Origin: Acidimicrobiia bacterium
GTDB taxonomy: Bacteria; Actinomycetota; Acidimicrobiia; Spongiisociales; UBA5794
Assembly: GCA_030066755.1 (NCBI GenBank)
Contig: JASJAX010000008.1
Span: forward strand, 13,958-77,957
Direction: 5' to 3'
DNA: 64,000 nt
Part shown: one piece after another, positions 40,165 through 49,966 of the stretch
Layout: each line of letters opens with the position of its first letter
How positions within the stretch are numbered: position 1 is the stretch's first letter
The notes under the pieces: model-generated
Databases searched by the model: none
What the model was told of the DNA's origin: nothing
The model's input: only the letters and a program-made list of their open reading frames with translations
Position numbers and translations under genes: made by a program

Positions 40165-43100
40165 TCACCGCCGCTTCGTGCGCAGGGTCAACCCCTTGTA
40201 GCCGGTGGCGAATCCGGCTGCGGCGAGGGCGGCCGCGTACCGACCGGTGGCTGCGGCGTCTCCATCGATCATCTCGAGCGACATCCTGCGGTACCGGTCA
40301 CGGGCGAGATCGGCGAGCGCGTTGGCAATTGCGTCGGTGTCCGGATCCTCGAAGGTCGTGACTCGTTTGCCGCCCCGTTCGACGTAGGCGGCGAGCGTTC
40401 CCTCGACGAGGATCACATGGGCTCCAGCACGTCGTGCCGCCCGGCCACTCTCGCCGGCGTCCGGCCACGGCAGCGAAGCACCGTAGGGATTCGCCGGATC
40501 GGTCGCCGACAGCACTTGGATCCCGCTGTCGGCCTCGCCCCGGAGGCGATCGATTGCACCGGGCAAACCGAACTGCGCTCCGCCGAGCCCCTCGATGAAG
40601 TACCCACGACGGGTCCGACCGGCGTCCTCCATCGCCGCGAGAACCGGGTACAGACCCGAGAACCCACCGGGGATGCCCTCGGCGAGCACGCCATCGCGGG
40701 TGACGATGCCGTGGCGTTCCAGCAGGTTCTCGGCAACGGCCTTGGCCCGCACCTCGTTGGCAGGCGGAATGTCGTCGATGAGGTCGGCAGTGAGATACCA
40801 GCGACCGGTGCCCGCAGGGGGCGTGGCGCTCGAGACAGTGCGGCCGGATCGCCCGCGTTTCCCGGAGCCGCCGAGGAACGCTCGCAACGGCGCCAGCGTG
40901 TCGTTGGTGACCTCGCCCGACCAGACCAGGTCCCAGATCGCATCGAGAACCATGGCCGGGTCGCCCCCCTCGCCGGCCACATACAGCTCGCGGAAGAACG
41001 ACGCACCACGCTTGGAGAGGTGATGTCGGAGCCGGTCGTGGATCGTTCCCTCGGGTCGCTCCTCGTCCGGAGGCGGAGCCCACAGCAAGGGAACCTGATC
41101 TCGCAAGACGAGACTCATCCTGCCGTCACGTTTGCCGAGCGAACCGCGTCCGAGCCAGACGACGTCACCGGACGCAAGGAGCTCATCCATGAGGCGGGTG
41201 TCGTACGCCATTCGTGCGGACAGCACATCGGTCTCGAGCGTGCTGGCAGGGATCGCAGCGGCCTGGATCTGACGGACGACCTCGAGCAATCGGCCGCTGT
41301 GACCCACGGTCGTGCCGATTCCCTGCCATGCAGGGAGGAACCTCCCGAGGGCGGCCGCATCAACGGGTTCGACCTCCCGGCGAAGCACAGCGAGGGACCT
41401 GCGGCGCAGGCGACGGAGGACGTCGACGTCGACCCACTCCTGTCCCGTGCCGCCGGGTCGATACGCTCCAGCGGCCACCCGGCCCTTGGTCTGGAGCCGC
41501 TCGAGGACCTCGGTGACCACGGCGGGGGGCAGTCCGAGGTCGGTGGCCGCTTGATCGGCGACGAAGGGTCCATGCGTCCGTGCAAAACGACCGACGACGT
41601 CCCCGAGTGGGTCGGCAACGGGGTCCAGCCACGTCGAGGCGACGCCGGCTGGGGGAGTGACACCGAGAGCATCGCGCAGCCGGGCGAGGTCCTCAACGGC
41701 GGCGAAGCGGCTGTCGCCACGAATCCGCACCGAAACGATGCGGCGGGTGCGTTCGAGTTCGACGAGCCACTCCGTGCTGGGAGCGTTCCCGCTGCGAGCC
41801 GCGATCTCCTCGGCAGTGAGCGGACCGAGGCTACGGAGTGTGTCGGCCAGGTCGTCCATGGTGCGGATGTGTCGATCCTCGGCGAGCCGCTGAAGCTCCA
41901 ACTCGACGTCGGCGATGACTGCCGGATCGAGCAGTTCGCGAAGCTGAGGGTCGCCGAGCAGCTCACGAAGCAAGGATCGATCGAGAGTGAGCGCTGCGGC
42001 CCGCCGCTCGGCGATCGGCGCGTCGTACTCGTACATGAACGACGCAATGAAGTCGAACATCAACGACGTTGCGAACGGTGAGGGTCCGCTGAGCGAAACC
42101 TCGCGGATACGTACTTTGCGTTGCGACACGTCGCCGAGCACTTCGCGGAGAGCCGGCAGATCGAAGTAGTCCTGAAGCACCTCGCGGTAGGTCTCGAGGA
42201 TCACCGGGAAGGTGCCGAACTGGCGGGCGACGTCGAGCAGACTTGCCGCCTTGCGGCGTTGGAGCCAGAGCGGCGTGCGCGAACCGGGACGTCGCCGGGG
42301 GAGCAGCAGGGCACGGGCGGCCGCTTCGCGGAACTTGGAGCTGAACAGCGCCGAATCGCCAACCTCCTCCAGGACGAGCTCCTCGATCTCGTCGGGCCCG
42401 ATGATCAACTCGTCGGTGCTCGGCGGTTCGTCGACATCGGGGAAGCGGAAGATGATCCCGTCATCCGACCAGATGACGTCGACTTCGGTCCCGTGGGTGT
42501 CTCGGTATCGGCGGCGTGCCGCCAGCGCCCACGGGGCATGGACCCGTGCGCCGAACGGGGACAGGACGACAACCCGCCAGTCGCCGATCTCGTCCCGGAA
42601 CTGTTCGAACACGATCGTGCGGTCCGTCGGCAGCGCACCGGTGGCTTCCATCTCGTCGGCCAGGAACTGGGCCAGGTTGCCCGCCGCCCACTCGTCGAGG
42701 CGGTACCGCTCGTGGAGCGTCGCCTCCGCCTCCGATCGGTCCATGGCGCCAACTTCTCGCACGAAGGCCCCGACGGCGCGACCCAGCTCGAGCGGGCGCC
42801 CCGGGGCGTCTCCGTGCCAGAAGGGGAGCTTGGCCGCAGGTTCGCCGGGTGCCGGGGCAACGATGACACGATCGTGGGTGATCTCACTGATCTTCCACGT
42901 CGAGGAGCCGAGCACGAAGACCTCGCCGGGTCGGCTCTCGTAGACCATCTCCTCGTCCAACTCGCCGACTCTGCCTCCTTCGGGCAACGTGACGGTGTAG
43001 AGCCCCCGGTCGGGAATCGTCCCCGGATTGGTGACCGCGAGCATGCGGGCGTTGCTGCGGGCCTCCAGTCGGCCTTCGACCCGGTCCCACACGATGCGGG

Positions 43101-44574
43101 GTCTGAGCTCAGCGAAGTCATCCGACGGATAGCGCCCCGAGAGCATGTCGAGCACAGCGTCGAACGAGCTGCGGGGCAGATCGCGATAGGGCCCGGCACC
43201 ACGGACCAACGTGTACAGCTCGTCGGTGCCGGTGGGCTCGACGGCGACGGTCGCCACGACGTGTTGCGCCAGCACATCGAGCGGGTTCGCAGGGATTCGG
43301 GTGGCTTCGATGGCGCCCTGGTTCATCCGTTCGACGACGACGGCCGTCTCGAGCAGGTCGCCCCGGTGCTTCGGGAAGATGCGGGCGACCGACGCCGCTC
43401 CGACCTGGTGACCGGCACGTCCGACCCGTTGGAGTCCCCGAGCGACCGAAGTCGGCGATTCGACCAACACAACGAGGTCGACGGCCGCCATGTCGATCCC
43501 GAGCTCGAGGGTCGACGTCGCCACGACGCCGCGCAGCTCTCCTCGCTTGAGGCGGCCTTCGATCTCGACCCGCTGCTCACGCGAGACCGACCCGTGATGC
43601 GATTGCACGAGCTCTTCGCCCGCAAGACGGTTCAGCTCGGCGGCCAGACGTTCGGCAAGCCCGCGGGAGTTGACGAACAGGAGCGTTGATCGATGGTCGA
43701 GGATGAGGCGAAGGAGGCGAGGGTAGACGGCCGGCCAGATCGACCGGCGGGCGCCGTCGTCGGCCTCGGCGGCTTCGACATCCTCCGTGACGGTCTGCTC
43801 CGGCCGAGTCATGTCCTCGACGGGCACCACGATCTGCAGGTCGAGCTGCTTGTCCCACGGAGCGTCGACGATCGTGACGGGGCGGGCCTCCCATTGGCCT
43901 TTGGCGTCGACCATGCCGCCGCCCAGGAACTCGGCGATGGCCTCGAGCGGTCGCTGGGTGGCAGACAGCCCGATGCGCTGTGGGGGAGCGGTGGTCAGGT
44001 CCGCAAGCCGCTCGAGGCTCAGGCTGAGGTGCGCGCCACGTTTGGTCGCCGCTACCGAGTGGATCTCGTCGATGATCACGGTCTCCACCGATGCCAGGAT
44101 GCTGCGAGCCTGCGACGTCAGCATCAGGTAGAGCGATTCGGGAGTTGTGATCAGGATGTCGGGAGGGTGGCGGAGCATCGCCTGACGATCGGCCGACGGC
44201 GTGTCGCCGGTACGCATGGCAGTGGTGATACGCGGGGGAGCCTCTCCGAGCCGTTCGGCGGCGAGTTGGATGCCGGTGAGCGGCGCCCGCAGGTTGCGCT
44301 CGATGTCGTAGGCCAGTGCCTTCATCGGCGAGATGTAGAGCACTCGGCAGCGCTCCTTCTCCGGCGGCATCGGTGCCGCGGCGAGGCGGTCGATGGCCCA
44401 GAGGAACGCCGCCAGCGTCTTGCCGGACCCGGTGGGGGCGTGGATCAGTGTGTGGTCGCCGCGTGCGATCGATTCCCACCCGTGGCGCTGTGCGTCGGTC
44501 GGCGCGGCAAACGAGGCGTCGAACCACGCCCGCGTTGCGGCAGAGAAGCCTGCTCGTACGTCCCCAGCAGTCAC
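40165..44574 (-). CDS. lhr: Lhr family ATP-dependent helicase with C-terminal extension
   Basis: PTGSGKT, TTPESL, DEIH, SAT, HHGS, LELGID, QRVGRAGH, RRGYFIEGLGGAQF, ATDPANPYG. Confidence 0.95.
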   Translation of the reverse strand: MTAGDVRAGFSAATRAWFDASFAAPTDAQRHGWESIARGDHTLIHAPTGSGKTLAAFLWAIDRLAAAPMPPEKERCRVLYISPMKALAYDIERNLRAPLTGIQLAAERLGEAPPRITTAMRTGDTPSADRQAMLRHPPDILITTPESLYLMLTSQARSILASVETVIIDEIHSVAATKRGAHLSLSLERLADLTTAPPQRIGLSATQRPLEAIAEFLGGGMVDAKGQWEARPVTIVDAPWDKQLDLQIVVPVEDMTRPEQTVTEDVEAAEADDGARRSIWPAVYPRLLRLILDHRSTLLFVNSRGLAERLAAELNRLAGEELVQSHHGSVSREQRVEIEGRLKRGELRGVVATSTLELGIDMAAVDLVVLVESPTSVARGLQRVGRAGHQVGAASVARIFPKHRGDLLETAVVVERMNQGAIEATRIPANPLDVLAQHVVATVAVEPTGTDELYTLVRGAGPYRDLPRSSFDAVLDMLSGRYPSDDFAELRPRIVWDRVEGRLEARSNARMLAVTNPGTIPDRGLYTVTLPEGGRVGELDEEMVYESRPGEVFVLGSSTWKISEITHDRVIVAPAPGEPAAKLPFWHGDAPGRPLELGRAVGAFVREVGAMDRSEAEATLHERYRLDEWAAGNLAQFLADEMEATGALPTDRTIVFEQFRDEIGDWRVVVLSPFGARVHAPWALAARRRYRDTHGTEVDVIWSDDGIIFRFPDVDEPPSTDELIIGPDEIEELVLEEVGDSALFSSKFREAAARALLLPRRRPGSRTPLWLQRRKAASLLDVARQFGTFPVILETYREVLQDYFDLPALREVLGDVSQRKVRIREVSLSGPSPFATSLMFDFIASFMYEYDAPIAERRAAALTLDRSLLRELLGDPQLRELLDPAVIADVELELQRLAEDRHIRTMDDLADTLRSLGPLTAEEIAARSGNAPSTEWLVELERTRRIVSVRIRGDSRFAAVEDLARLRDALGVTPPAGVASTWLDPVADPLGDVVGRFARTHGPFVADQAATDLGLPPAVVTEVLERLQTKGRVAAGAYRPGGTGQEWVDVDVLRRLRRRSLAVLRREVEPVDAAALGRFLPAWQGIGTTVGHSGRLLEVVRQIQAAAIPASTLETDVLSARMAYDTRLMDELLASGDVVWLGRGSLGKRDGRMSLVLRDQVPLLWAPPPDEERPEGTIHDRLRHHLSKRGASFFRELYVAGEGGDPAMVLDAIWDLVWSGEVTNDTLAPLRAFLGGSGKRGRSGRTVSSATPPAGTGRWYLTADLIDDIPPANEVRAKAVAENLLERHGIVTRDGVLAEGIPGGFSGLYPVLAAMEDAGRTRRGYFIEGLGGAQFGLPGAIDRLRGEADSGIQVLSATDPANPYGASLPWPDAGESGRAARRAGAHVILVEGTLAAYVERGGKRVTTFEDPDTDAIANALADLARDRYRRMSLEMIDGDAAATGRYAAALAAAGFATGYKGLTLRTKRR

Positions 44575-44654
44575 CCGGCGAGGGTACAGGGAGCGTGTGA
44601 CGAAAACGGCGGCCGACGGTGGGGTCGATCACGTGTCGAAGGGCAAACCGTGGT

Positions 44655-44809
44655 TCCGACATTGATTCGAAACGCTGAACAGGCGTTTTGCAGAAACCCT
44701 CAACCACCACTCGAAGCTTGCGTGCAAGCGAATGACAAAATCGTCTTACTGTCGGTCGTGCGCGTAAGACGGGGCTCAGGCCTCGCAGGCGAGGCGTTTC
44801 AATGTCAGA
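44655..44809. other. Structured intergenic element with 11-bp terminal inverted repeats and internal hairpins (candidate ncRNA or MITE)
   Basis: TCCGACATTGA / TCAATGTCAGA (10 of 11 match); four internal stems. Confidence 0.4.
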
Positions 44810-44826
44810 TGGGGCGGGAGACCTGG

Positions 44827-44934
44827 GTCCCAAGTCGCAAGTCGCAAGTCGCATGTCCCAAGTCCCAAGTCCCAAGTCCCAATGCGCCGTCTGCCGGACC
44901 CGAGACCTGAGACCTGAGACCTGAGACTTGAGAC
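44827..44934. repeat. Inverted heptamer array pair (GTCSCAW x8 / YYGAGAC x5)
   Basis: Read directly: 44827-44882 and 44900-44934. Confidence 0.93.
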
Positions 44935-44993
44935 CTCTGCCGACGTGAGACCTGTGCCGACGTGAGACCTCTGCCGACGTGAGACCTCTGCCG
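44930..44993. repeat. 17-bp tandem repeat x3.8 (GAGACCTCTGCCGACGT)
   Basis: Units start at 44930, 44947, 44964, 44981; no spacers. Confidence 0.9.
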
Positions 44994-45034
44994 GCCGTAG
45001 GATCGGTGCCACGCGTTCCCGAGGAGTGTCACCA

Positions 45035-46057
45035 ATGAAGCTGGGTCTGTCGGTCGGGTACTGGTCGGCGGGTCCGCCCCATGGTGTCGAAGATCAGATC
45101 GCAGCGGCCGAACGGCTGGGTTTCGACGCGATGTGGACGGCCGAAGCCTACGGATCCGATGCGCTCACACCCCTGGCGTGGTGGGGAGCGACGACGGAGC
45201 GGATTCGGCTCGGCACCGGGATCGTGCAGATGTCGGCGAGGACACCTGCGGCGACCGCCATGGCAGCGATGACGCTCGATCACCTCAGCGGCGGACGAAT
45301 GATCCTCGGTCTCGGCGTGAGCGGCCCGCAGGTCGTCGAGGGCTGGTACGGCCAGCCGTATCCCAAGCCACTGGCCCGCACCCGTGAGTACGTCGAGATC
45401 GTGCGGCGCATCTTCGCTCGCGAGGCTCCGGTCGAATACGACGGTGCCTTCTACCAGCTCCCGCTCGAGGGAGGAACCGGGCTGGGTAAGGCGCTGAAGA
45501 GCACGCTGCATCCCTACCGAACCGATATCCCGATCTTCCTCGCCGCCGAGGGCCCGAAGAACGTCGCACTGTCGGCCGAGATCTGCGACGGCTGGTTGCC
45601 GCTGTTCTTCTCCCCGGGCGACGACGGTTTCTACCGCCGTGCCCTCCAGGAGGGTTTCGACGCTGGTGGCCATCGTTCCTGGGACGACTTCGAGGTTCAC
45701 GCGGTCGTTCCGGTCGTTCCCAATCCGGATGTCGACGCTGCGGCCGACATGATCCGGCCGATGCTGGCGCTCTACATCGGCGGCATGGGTTCCAAGGACC
45801 GCAACTTCCACAAGGACGTGTTCGTGCGAATGGGATTCGAGGCGGAGTGCGAGACCATTCAGGATCACTACCTGGCCGGTCGCAAGTCGGACGCGATCGC
45901 TGCGGTGCCCACCAGCATGGTCGAGGCCATGTCGCTCGTAGGATCCCCCGACAAGATTCGTGACGAGTTGGCGAGGTGGGAGGAGTCGGTGGTGACGACG
46001 ATGATCATCCAGGGTCCGCCGCCGTTGCTGGAGATGATCGCCGGTCTCGTCGGCTGA
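45035..46057 (+). CDS. LLM class F420-dependent oxidoreductase
   Basis: WTAEAYGSDA, SARTP, LGLGVSGPQVVEGWYG, AAEGPKN; RBS GAGGAG. Confidence 0.92.
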   Translation: MKLGLSVGYWSAGPPHGVEDQIAAAERLGFDAMWTAEAYGSDALTPLAWWGATTERIRLGTGIVQMSARTPAATAMAAMTLDHLSGGRMILGLGVSGPQVVEGWYGQPYPKPLARTREYVEIVRRIFAREAPVEYDGAFYQLPLEGGTGLGKALKSTLHPYRTDIPIFLAAEGPKNVALSAEICDGWLPLFFSPGDDGFYRRALQEGFDAGGHRSWDDFEVHAVVPVVPNPDVDAAADMIRPMLALYIGGMGSKDRNFHKDVFVRMGFEAECETIQDHYLAGRKSDAIAAVPTSMVEAMSLVGSPDKIRDELARWEESVVTTMIIQGPPPLLEMIAGLVG

Positions 46058-46060
46058 GCG

Positions 46061-46543
46061 TCAGTCCTCGGCTGCCCGCTCAGGAAGCACGAGCACTCCG
46101 TCCGAATCGACGTAGACCCACTCACCCGGGACGAACTCCACGCCGAGGAACGACACCGGCACGTCCTGTTCGCCCTCGCCTCGCTTGACGCTGCGCCGAG
46201 GGTGCGCTTCGAGGGCCCGCACGCCGAGTTCCATCCGGCGTAGGTCCGCACTGTCGCGCACGCAGCCGTTGACGATGACGCCGGACCAGCCGTTGACGAT
46301 GGCCAGCGCTCCCAGACGATCACCGAGCAGCGCACAGTTCCGTGAGCCGCCGCCGTCCACGACGAGCACCGCCCCATCTCCCTGGTCTTCCAGAGTCGTT
46401 CGCACGAGTGAGTTGTCCTCGAAGCAGCGAACGGTCCGAATGAAGCCGGAGAACGCGACCCGACCGCCGTAGTCACGGAGGCCCGGCGTTGCGATCGAAG
46501 CCTCGGGGTGGGCATCGGACAGATCAGCCGTCGTCACGCGCAT
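46061..46543 (-). CDS. rraA: RraA / HMG-aldolase family protein
   Basis: [37 protein letters not shown]. Confidence 0.9.
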   Translation of the reverse strand: MRVTTADLSDAHPEASIATPGLRDYGGRVAFSGFIRTVRCFEDNSLVRTTLEDQGDGAVLVVDGGGSRNCALLGDRLGALAIVNGWSGVIVNGCVRDSADLRRMELGVRALEAHPRRSVKRGEGEQDVPVSFLGVEFVPGEWVYVDSDGVLVLPERAAED

Positions 46544-46612
46544 GGGTCCATTGTGCCAGCGGAGCGCTCCGTGTGGGGTAGCGTCGGGTCGATTCCATCT
46601 CGGAGGGCGCTC

Positions 46613-47248
46613 ATCGACATCGCGGTCAATCTCGTCGAGACCTATCTGCGTCTCACCGGCTACCTGACGTTGTCCGAGTTCGAGGTCCAACGCCGGGACG
46701 CGGACGGCGAGTTCCGCACCGTCACCGATGTCGACATCATGGCGATGCGCCTTCCGGGGTCGATCTACGTCGGAGATCCCCACAACGCCGATGAGGGCGA
46801 CCTCCTGTTGCTGGAGGATCCGGTGCTCGACCTCGAAGACGACTGTATCGATGTGATCATCGGCGAGGTCAAGCAAGGCGAGGCAGATCTGAATCCCGGC
46901 ATCACCGACCACGTGGTGCTCCACTCCATGCTCCGGCGTGTCGAGTGGATCTACGACGAGCCACTGACGGAAGTGGTGCAGCGGATTCAGGAACACTTGG
47001 TCCACCACTCGCCAGCGCGCGGCGGGGGCCGGGTGCGAACCCGGATCGTGGCGTTCGGCCGCGCCCGGGTGTCCGGGCTCAACGTCATCACCCATTCACA
47101 CGTCGTGTCGACGCTGCTTCGCTTCTTCGAGGAGCACGAAGCGGCGTTTCGCCCGATTCAGTTCAAGGAGCCTGCGCCTGCGTTCCTCCGGCTGCTCCTG
47201 AAGGCGGGTTTCTCGATCGACCGCAGCGGTGGGTTCGACGACGCATAG
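46613..47248 (+). CDS. Hypothetical protein, PD-(D/E)XK nuclease-like motif
   Basis: E..YLRLTGY..TDVDIMA..IIGEVK; start uncertain (ATC 46613 behind GGAGG, or GTG 46571). Confidence 0.6.
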   Translation: MDIAVNLVETYLRLTGYLTLSEFEVQRRDADGEFRTVTDVDIMAMRLPGSIYVGDPHNADEGDLLLLEDPVLDLEDDCIDVIIGEVKQGEADLNPGITDHVVLHSMLRRVEWIYDEPLTEVVQRIQEHLVHHSPARGGGRVRTRIVAFGRARVSGLNVITHSHVVSTLLRFFEEHEAAFRPIQFKEPAPAFLRLLLKAGFSIDRSGGFDDA

Positions 47249-47260
47249 CGCCGTCGACGA

Positions 47261-48034
47261 TCACTTCCGCGAGGCCGTCTTCACAAACGTCAGGGCGCGC
47301 TCCGGGGAGACAGGGTTCGACGCGATGCCGTGGCGTTTGATGGCCGTGCCGGCAATGACCCCGTCGGCGACGCCCAAGATGTCAATCACCGTATCGGTCG
47401 TCACTCCCGATCCGACGAAGATCGGGGTTCCGTCTGCGGCATCCTTCACAACCCGGATGTCATTCATCGCAGGTGGGCGTCCGGTCCCCGTGCCGGACAC
47501 GATGATGGCGTCGGCGCCACCGCGCTCTGCAAGGTCCCGGGTCGCCAGGTCGAGCGACAGGCCTGGCGGGGGTGTGGCGTGTTTCACGAAGACGTCCGCC
47601 ATCACCGCGACGTCGGGTGCGATCTCCTTGCGGAGGCGCGCCACTTCGGCCGCCTTGCCGATGATCGGGCCCTGATCGGTCGACATCATTCCGGACAACA
47701 CGTTGACCCGGATGAATCGGGCCCCGGTCGCTGCGGCGACGGCGAGGGCCCCGAGCGCATCGTTGCGCAGGACATTCACGCCGATAGGCACGTCGAACTC
47801 GCGGGCGATGTCGGCGACGGCTCTGGTCATGGCCGCAATGGTCACCTTGGGAGCATCGTCGGCGTAGAACGGGGCGTCGCCGAAGTTCTCGATCATCAAA
47901 CCGTCGAACCCGACCCTGCGCAGGATCCGACCGTCGGCGATCGCCGCATCGATGAGCGCGTCGACGTCGCCTTCGAACCCTGGGGACCCGGGCAACGGGC
48001 CCAGGTGGATCATGCCGATGAGTCGTGGCAGCAC
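47261..48034 (-). CDS. BtpA/SgcQ family TIM-barrel protein
   Basis: IGMIHL.PLPGSP, ENFGDAPF, GVNVLRND, DVFVKHA, VSGTGTG, VGSGV. Confidence 0.9.
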   Translation of the reverse strand: MLPRLIGMIHLGPLPGSPGFEGDVDALIDAAIADGRILRRVGFDGLMIENFGDAPFYADDAPKVTIAAMTRAVADIAREFDVPIGVNVLRNDALGALAVAAATGARFIRVNVLSGMMSTDQGPIIGKAAEVARLRKEIAPDVAVMADVFVKHATPPPGLSLDLATRDLAERGGADAIIVSGTGTGRPPAMNDIRVVKDAADGTPIFVGSGVTTDTVIDILGVADGVIAGTAIKRHGIASNPVSPERALTFVKTASRK

Positions 48035-48041
48035 GATCGAA

Positions 48042-48806
48042 TCAGTACGCACGAACGACTTGCAACGCCGTTTCGGCGTCATCGCCGATCGCCTTGAGGC
48101 CGGTATCGGCGACATCGAGACGGTGGACGGCGACCCGGCACCACTCACCAGCGATCCCCTTGATCACCTGCTCGGTGTCGTCGGGTCCGTAGACATAGCG
48201 GGCATATCGGGGCCCCATCAGCTCGACGCGAATGCCTTGCTCCGGGTACGTCTCGCCGGCCTCGGAGAACGCCCAGGGCAAGAGGCGGTGGGCCAGCCAC
48301 GCGATGTGCCGGATCCGGGGTGTGTCGGCGGTCGGGTCTTCTTCGTCCTCGGCGAGGGTGATGCGCCCCTCCATTGCCGCCTTGATGTCGAGTCCGTGCG
48401 CCCACGTCTCCATGAGCCGCAGCGTGGCGAATGCTTTGGCGCTCGCCGAGCTGTAGACCCACGGGACACGGTCCTTCGGATCCATTCGCGAGAGGGCGTC
48501 GACCACGCTTGCGCGGCCGTTGCGCCACCACTCGATGATCTCCTGGTACCGCTTGCCGCGGCCTTGCTCGACCCCACGCTTGGTCCACTCGTCGATATCG
48601 GTGATGTCTGCGGCATCGACAAACGCCTGGCCTTCGGAGATGGCCTGGGCCGCGAAGGTCTCCGTGTATGCGAGGTGGCAGACGGTGTCCATGATCGACC
48701 AGCCGGTCGCCGGGGTGGGGAGCTTCCAATCGCGCTCATGAATACGCTGGAGAAACTGATCCAGCGACTGCTCCTCGGCTACCAGGTCGGAGAGAATCTC
48801 GCGCAT
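48042..48806 (-). CDS. Mycothiol-dependent maleylpyruvate isomerase family (DinB-like) metal-binding protein
   Basis: PTPATGWSIMDTVCHL, RLMETWAHGLD. Confidence 0.85.
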   Translation of the reverse strand: MREILSDLVAEEQSLDQFLQRIHERDWKLPTPATGWSIMDTVCHLAYTETFAAQAISEGQAFVDAADITDIDEWTKRGVEQGRGKRYQEIIEWWRNGRASVVDALSRMDPKDRVPWVYSSASAKAFATLRLMETWAHGLDIKAAMEGRITLAEDEEDPTADTPRIRHIAWLAHRLLPWAFSEAGETYPEQGIRVELMGPRYARYVYGPDDTEQVIKGIAGEWCRVAVHRLDVADTGLKAIGDDAETALQVVRAY

Positions 48807-48818
48807 AGGTGCGACATT

Positions 48819-49886
48819 TTAGGGCGTGTCGGGACCCTCATCTTCCGACGCTTCGCTGTTGAGCCGATCGACGAGTCTGCGGAGCTTCCCCAGGTGGCGC
48901 CGGTCGAAGTGCAACTGGACGCGAGGCAGCTCGACGTGGTCGTCGTCGTTGATCTCGGCGGCCGTTGGTTCGATCTTCTCGATCGAGCCGGACACCACGA
49001 TGTCGGCGAACTCGTCGTTGATCGTTGCGATCAATCCGTCGCTCGGTTCGCTCTTGAGCCGCAAGACGAGCCGGCCGTTCACGTACCGCTGAGAGTGGTA
49101 GTTGTCGTAGAAACTCAGGATCTCCTTGCAGGCCGTGTCGATGCTCGTGGTGTAGGTGAACAAGCTGCGGTCGTCCGGGGCGATCATGCCCTGGGCCTCG
49201 AGCATGCCGACCAGGTCGAGCCACTTCTCCCAGTAGCCGGTGCCCTCGGCTTCGAGCAGCACGATCGGGTGCATGTCCGACTTGCCGGTCTGGATCAGCG
49301 TGAGCAACTCGAAGGTCTCGTCCTGGGTTCCGAAGCCACCCGGGAAGAGCACGAATGCGTCTGACTCCTTCACGAAGATCAGCTTCCGAGTGAAGAAGTA
49401 CTTGAAGTTGATGAGGCGGCTCTCGTGGACGTACGGGTTGGCTTCGGCCTCGAACGGAAGTCGGATGTTGACACCGAATCCGTACTCGGTTCCGGCTCCG
49501 AGGTTCCCGGCCTCCATGATCCCGGGCCCGGCGCCGGTGATCACCATCCAGCGGTGCTCGTCCGTCATCCGGCGGGCGAATTCGGCAGCGATCTTGTAGT
49601 TCGGGTCCTCGGGTGAGGTCCGCGCCGAGCCGTACATCGTGACCTTGGGGATGTGCCGGTACCGCGAGAACACCAGGAACGAGTACCGCAGTTCCTTGAG
49701 TGCGCTGTTGACCAGCTTGAGGTCTCCCCGGTCGGTGTCGTCTCGCAGCATCTTCAGCCCCGACACCATCATCTCTGCGATGAGCTCTTCGTCCTGATCG
49801 GGACCATCCGGGTCGTCCGTTGCATCACGGACCAGCTCCACCAGACGGCGGTCGAGATCTTCGTCTCCCAAGCGGTAAGGGCGCAT
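48819..49886 (-). CDS. LOG family nucleotide 5'-monophosphate nucleosidase
   Basis: GSAR, TGAGPGIM, FKYFFTRK, PGGFGTQDE. Confidence 0.9.
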   Translation of the reverse strand: MRPYRLGDEDLDRRLVELVRDATDDPDGPDQDEELIAEMMVSGLKMLRDDTDRGDLKLVNSALKELRYSFLVFSRYRHIPKVTMYGSARTSPEDPNYKIAAEFARRMTDEHRWMVITGAGPGIMEAGNLGAGTEYGFGVNIRLPFEAEANPYVHESRLINFKYFFTRKLIFVKESDAFVLFPGGFGTQDETFELLTLIQTGKSDMHPIVLLEAEGTGYWEKWLDLVGMLEAQGMIAPDDRSLFTYTTSIDTACKEILSFYDNYHSQRYVNGRLVLRLKSEPSDGLIATINDEFADIVVSGSIEKIEPTAAEINDDDHVELPRVQLHFDRRHLGKLRRLVDRLNSEASEDEGPDTP

Positions 49887-49966
49887 GTCGCTGACGCTAC
49901 TACCGGCTCGAGCCTTTTCGGTCGCACCGGCCGAACGATTCGCCCTCCGGTGATACCGTTCCGCCG

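Noticed and set aside
39109-42081. 990-aa plus-strand ORF, and similar long antisense ORFs such as 6671..8521, 18560..20368 and 32530..34458
   Set aside because: Shadow ORFs opposite well-supported genes, expected in high-GC DNA, with no recognisable motifs
39361-44574. lhr-nei pair as a novel system
   Set aside because: This operon is already well known in Actinomycetota
44639-44660. c-di-GMP-I riboswitch (GGGCAAACC)
   Set aside because: The downstream GAAA tetraloop and GACGCAAAGC elements are absent
44930-44993. CRISPR array
   Set aside because: The 17-bp units are directly adjacent with no unique spacers, and there are no cas genes
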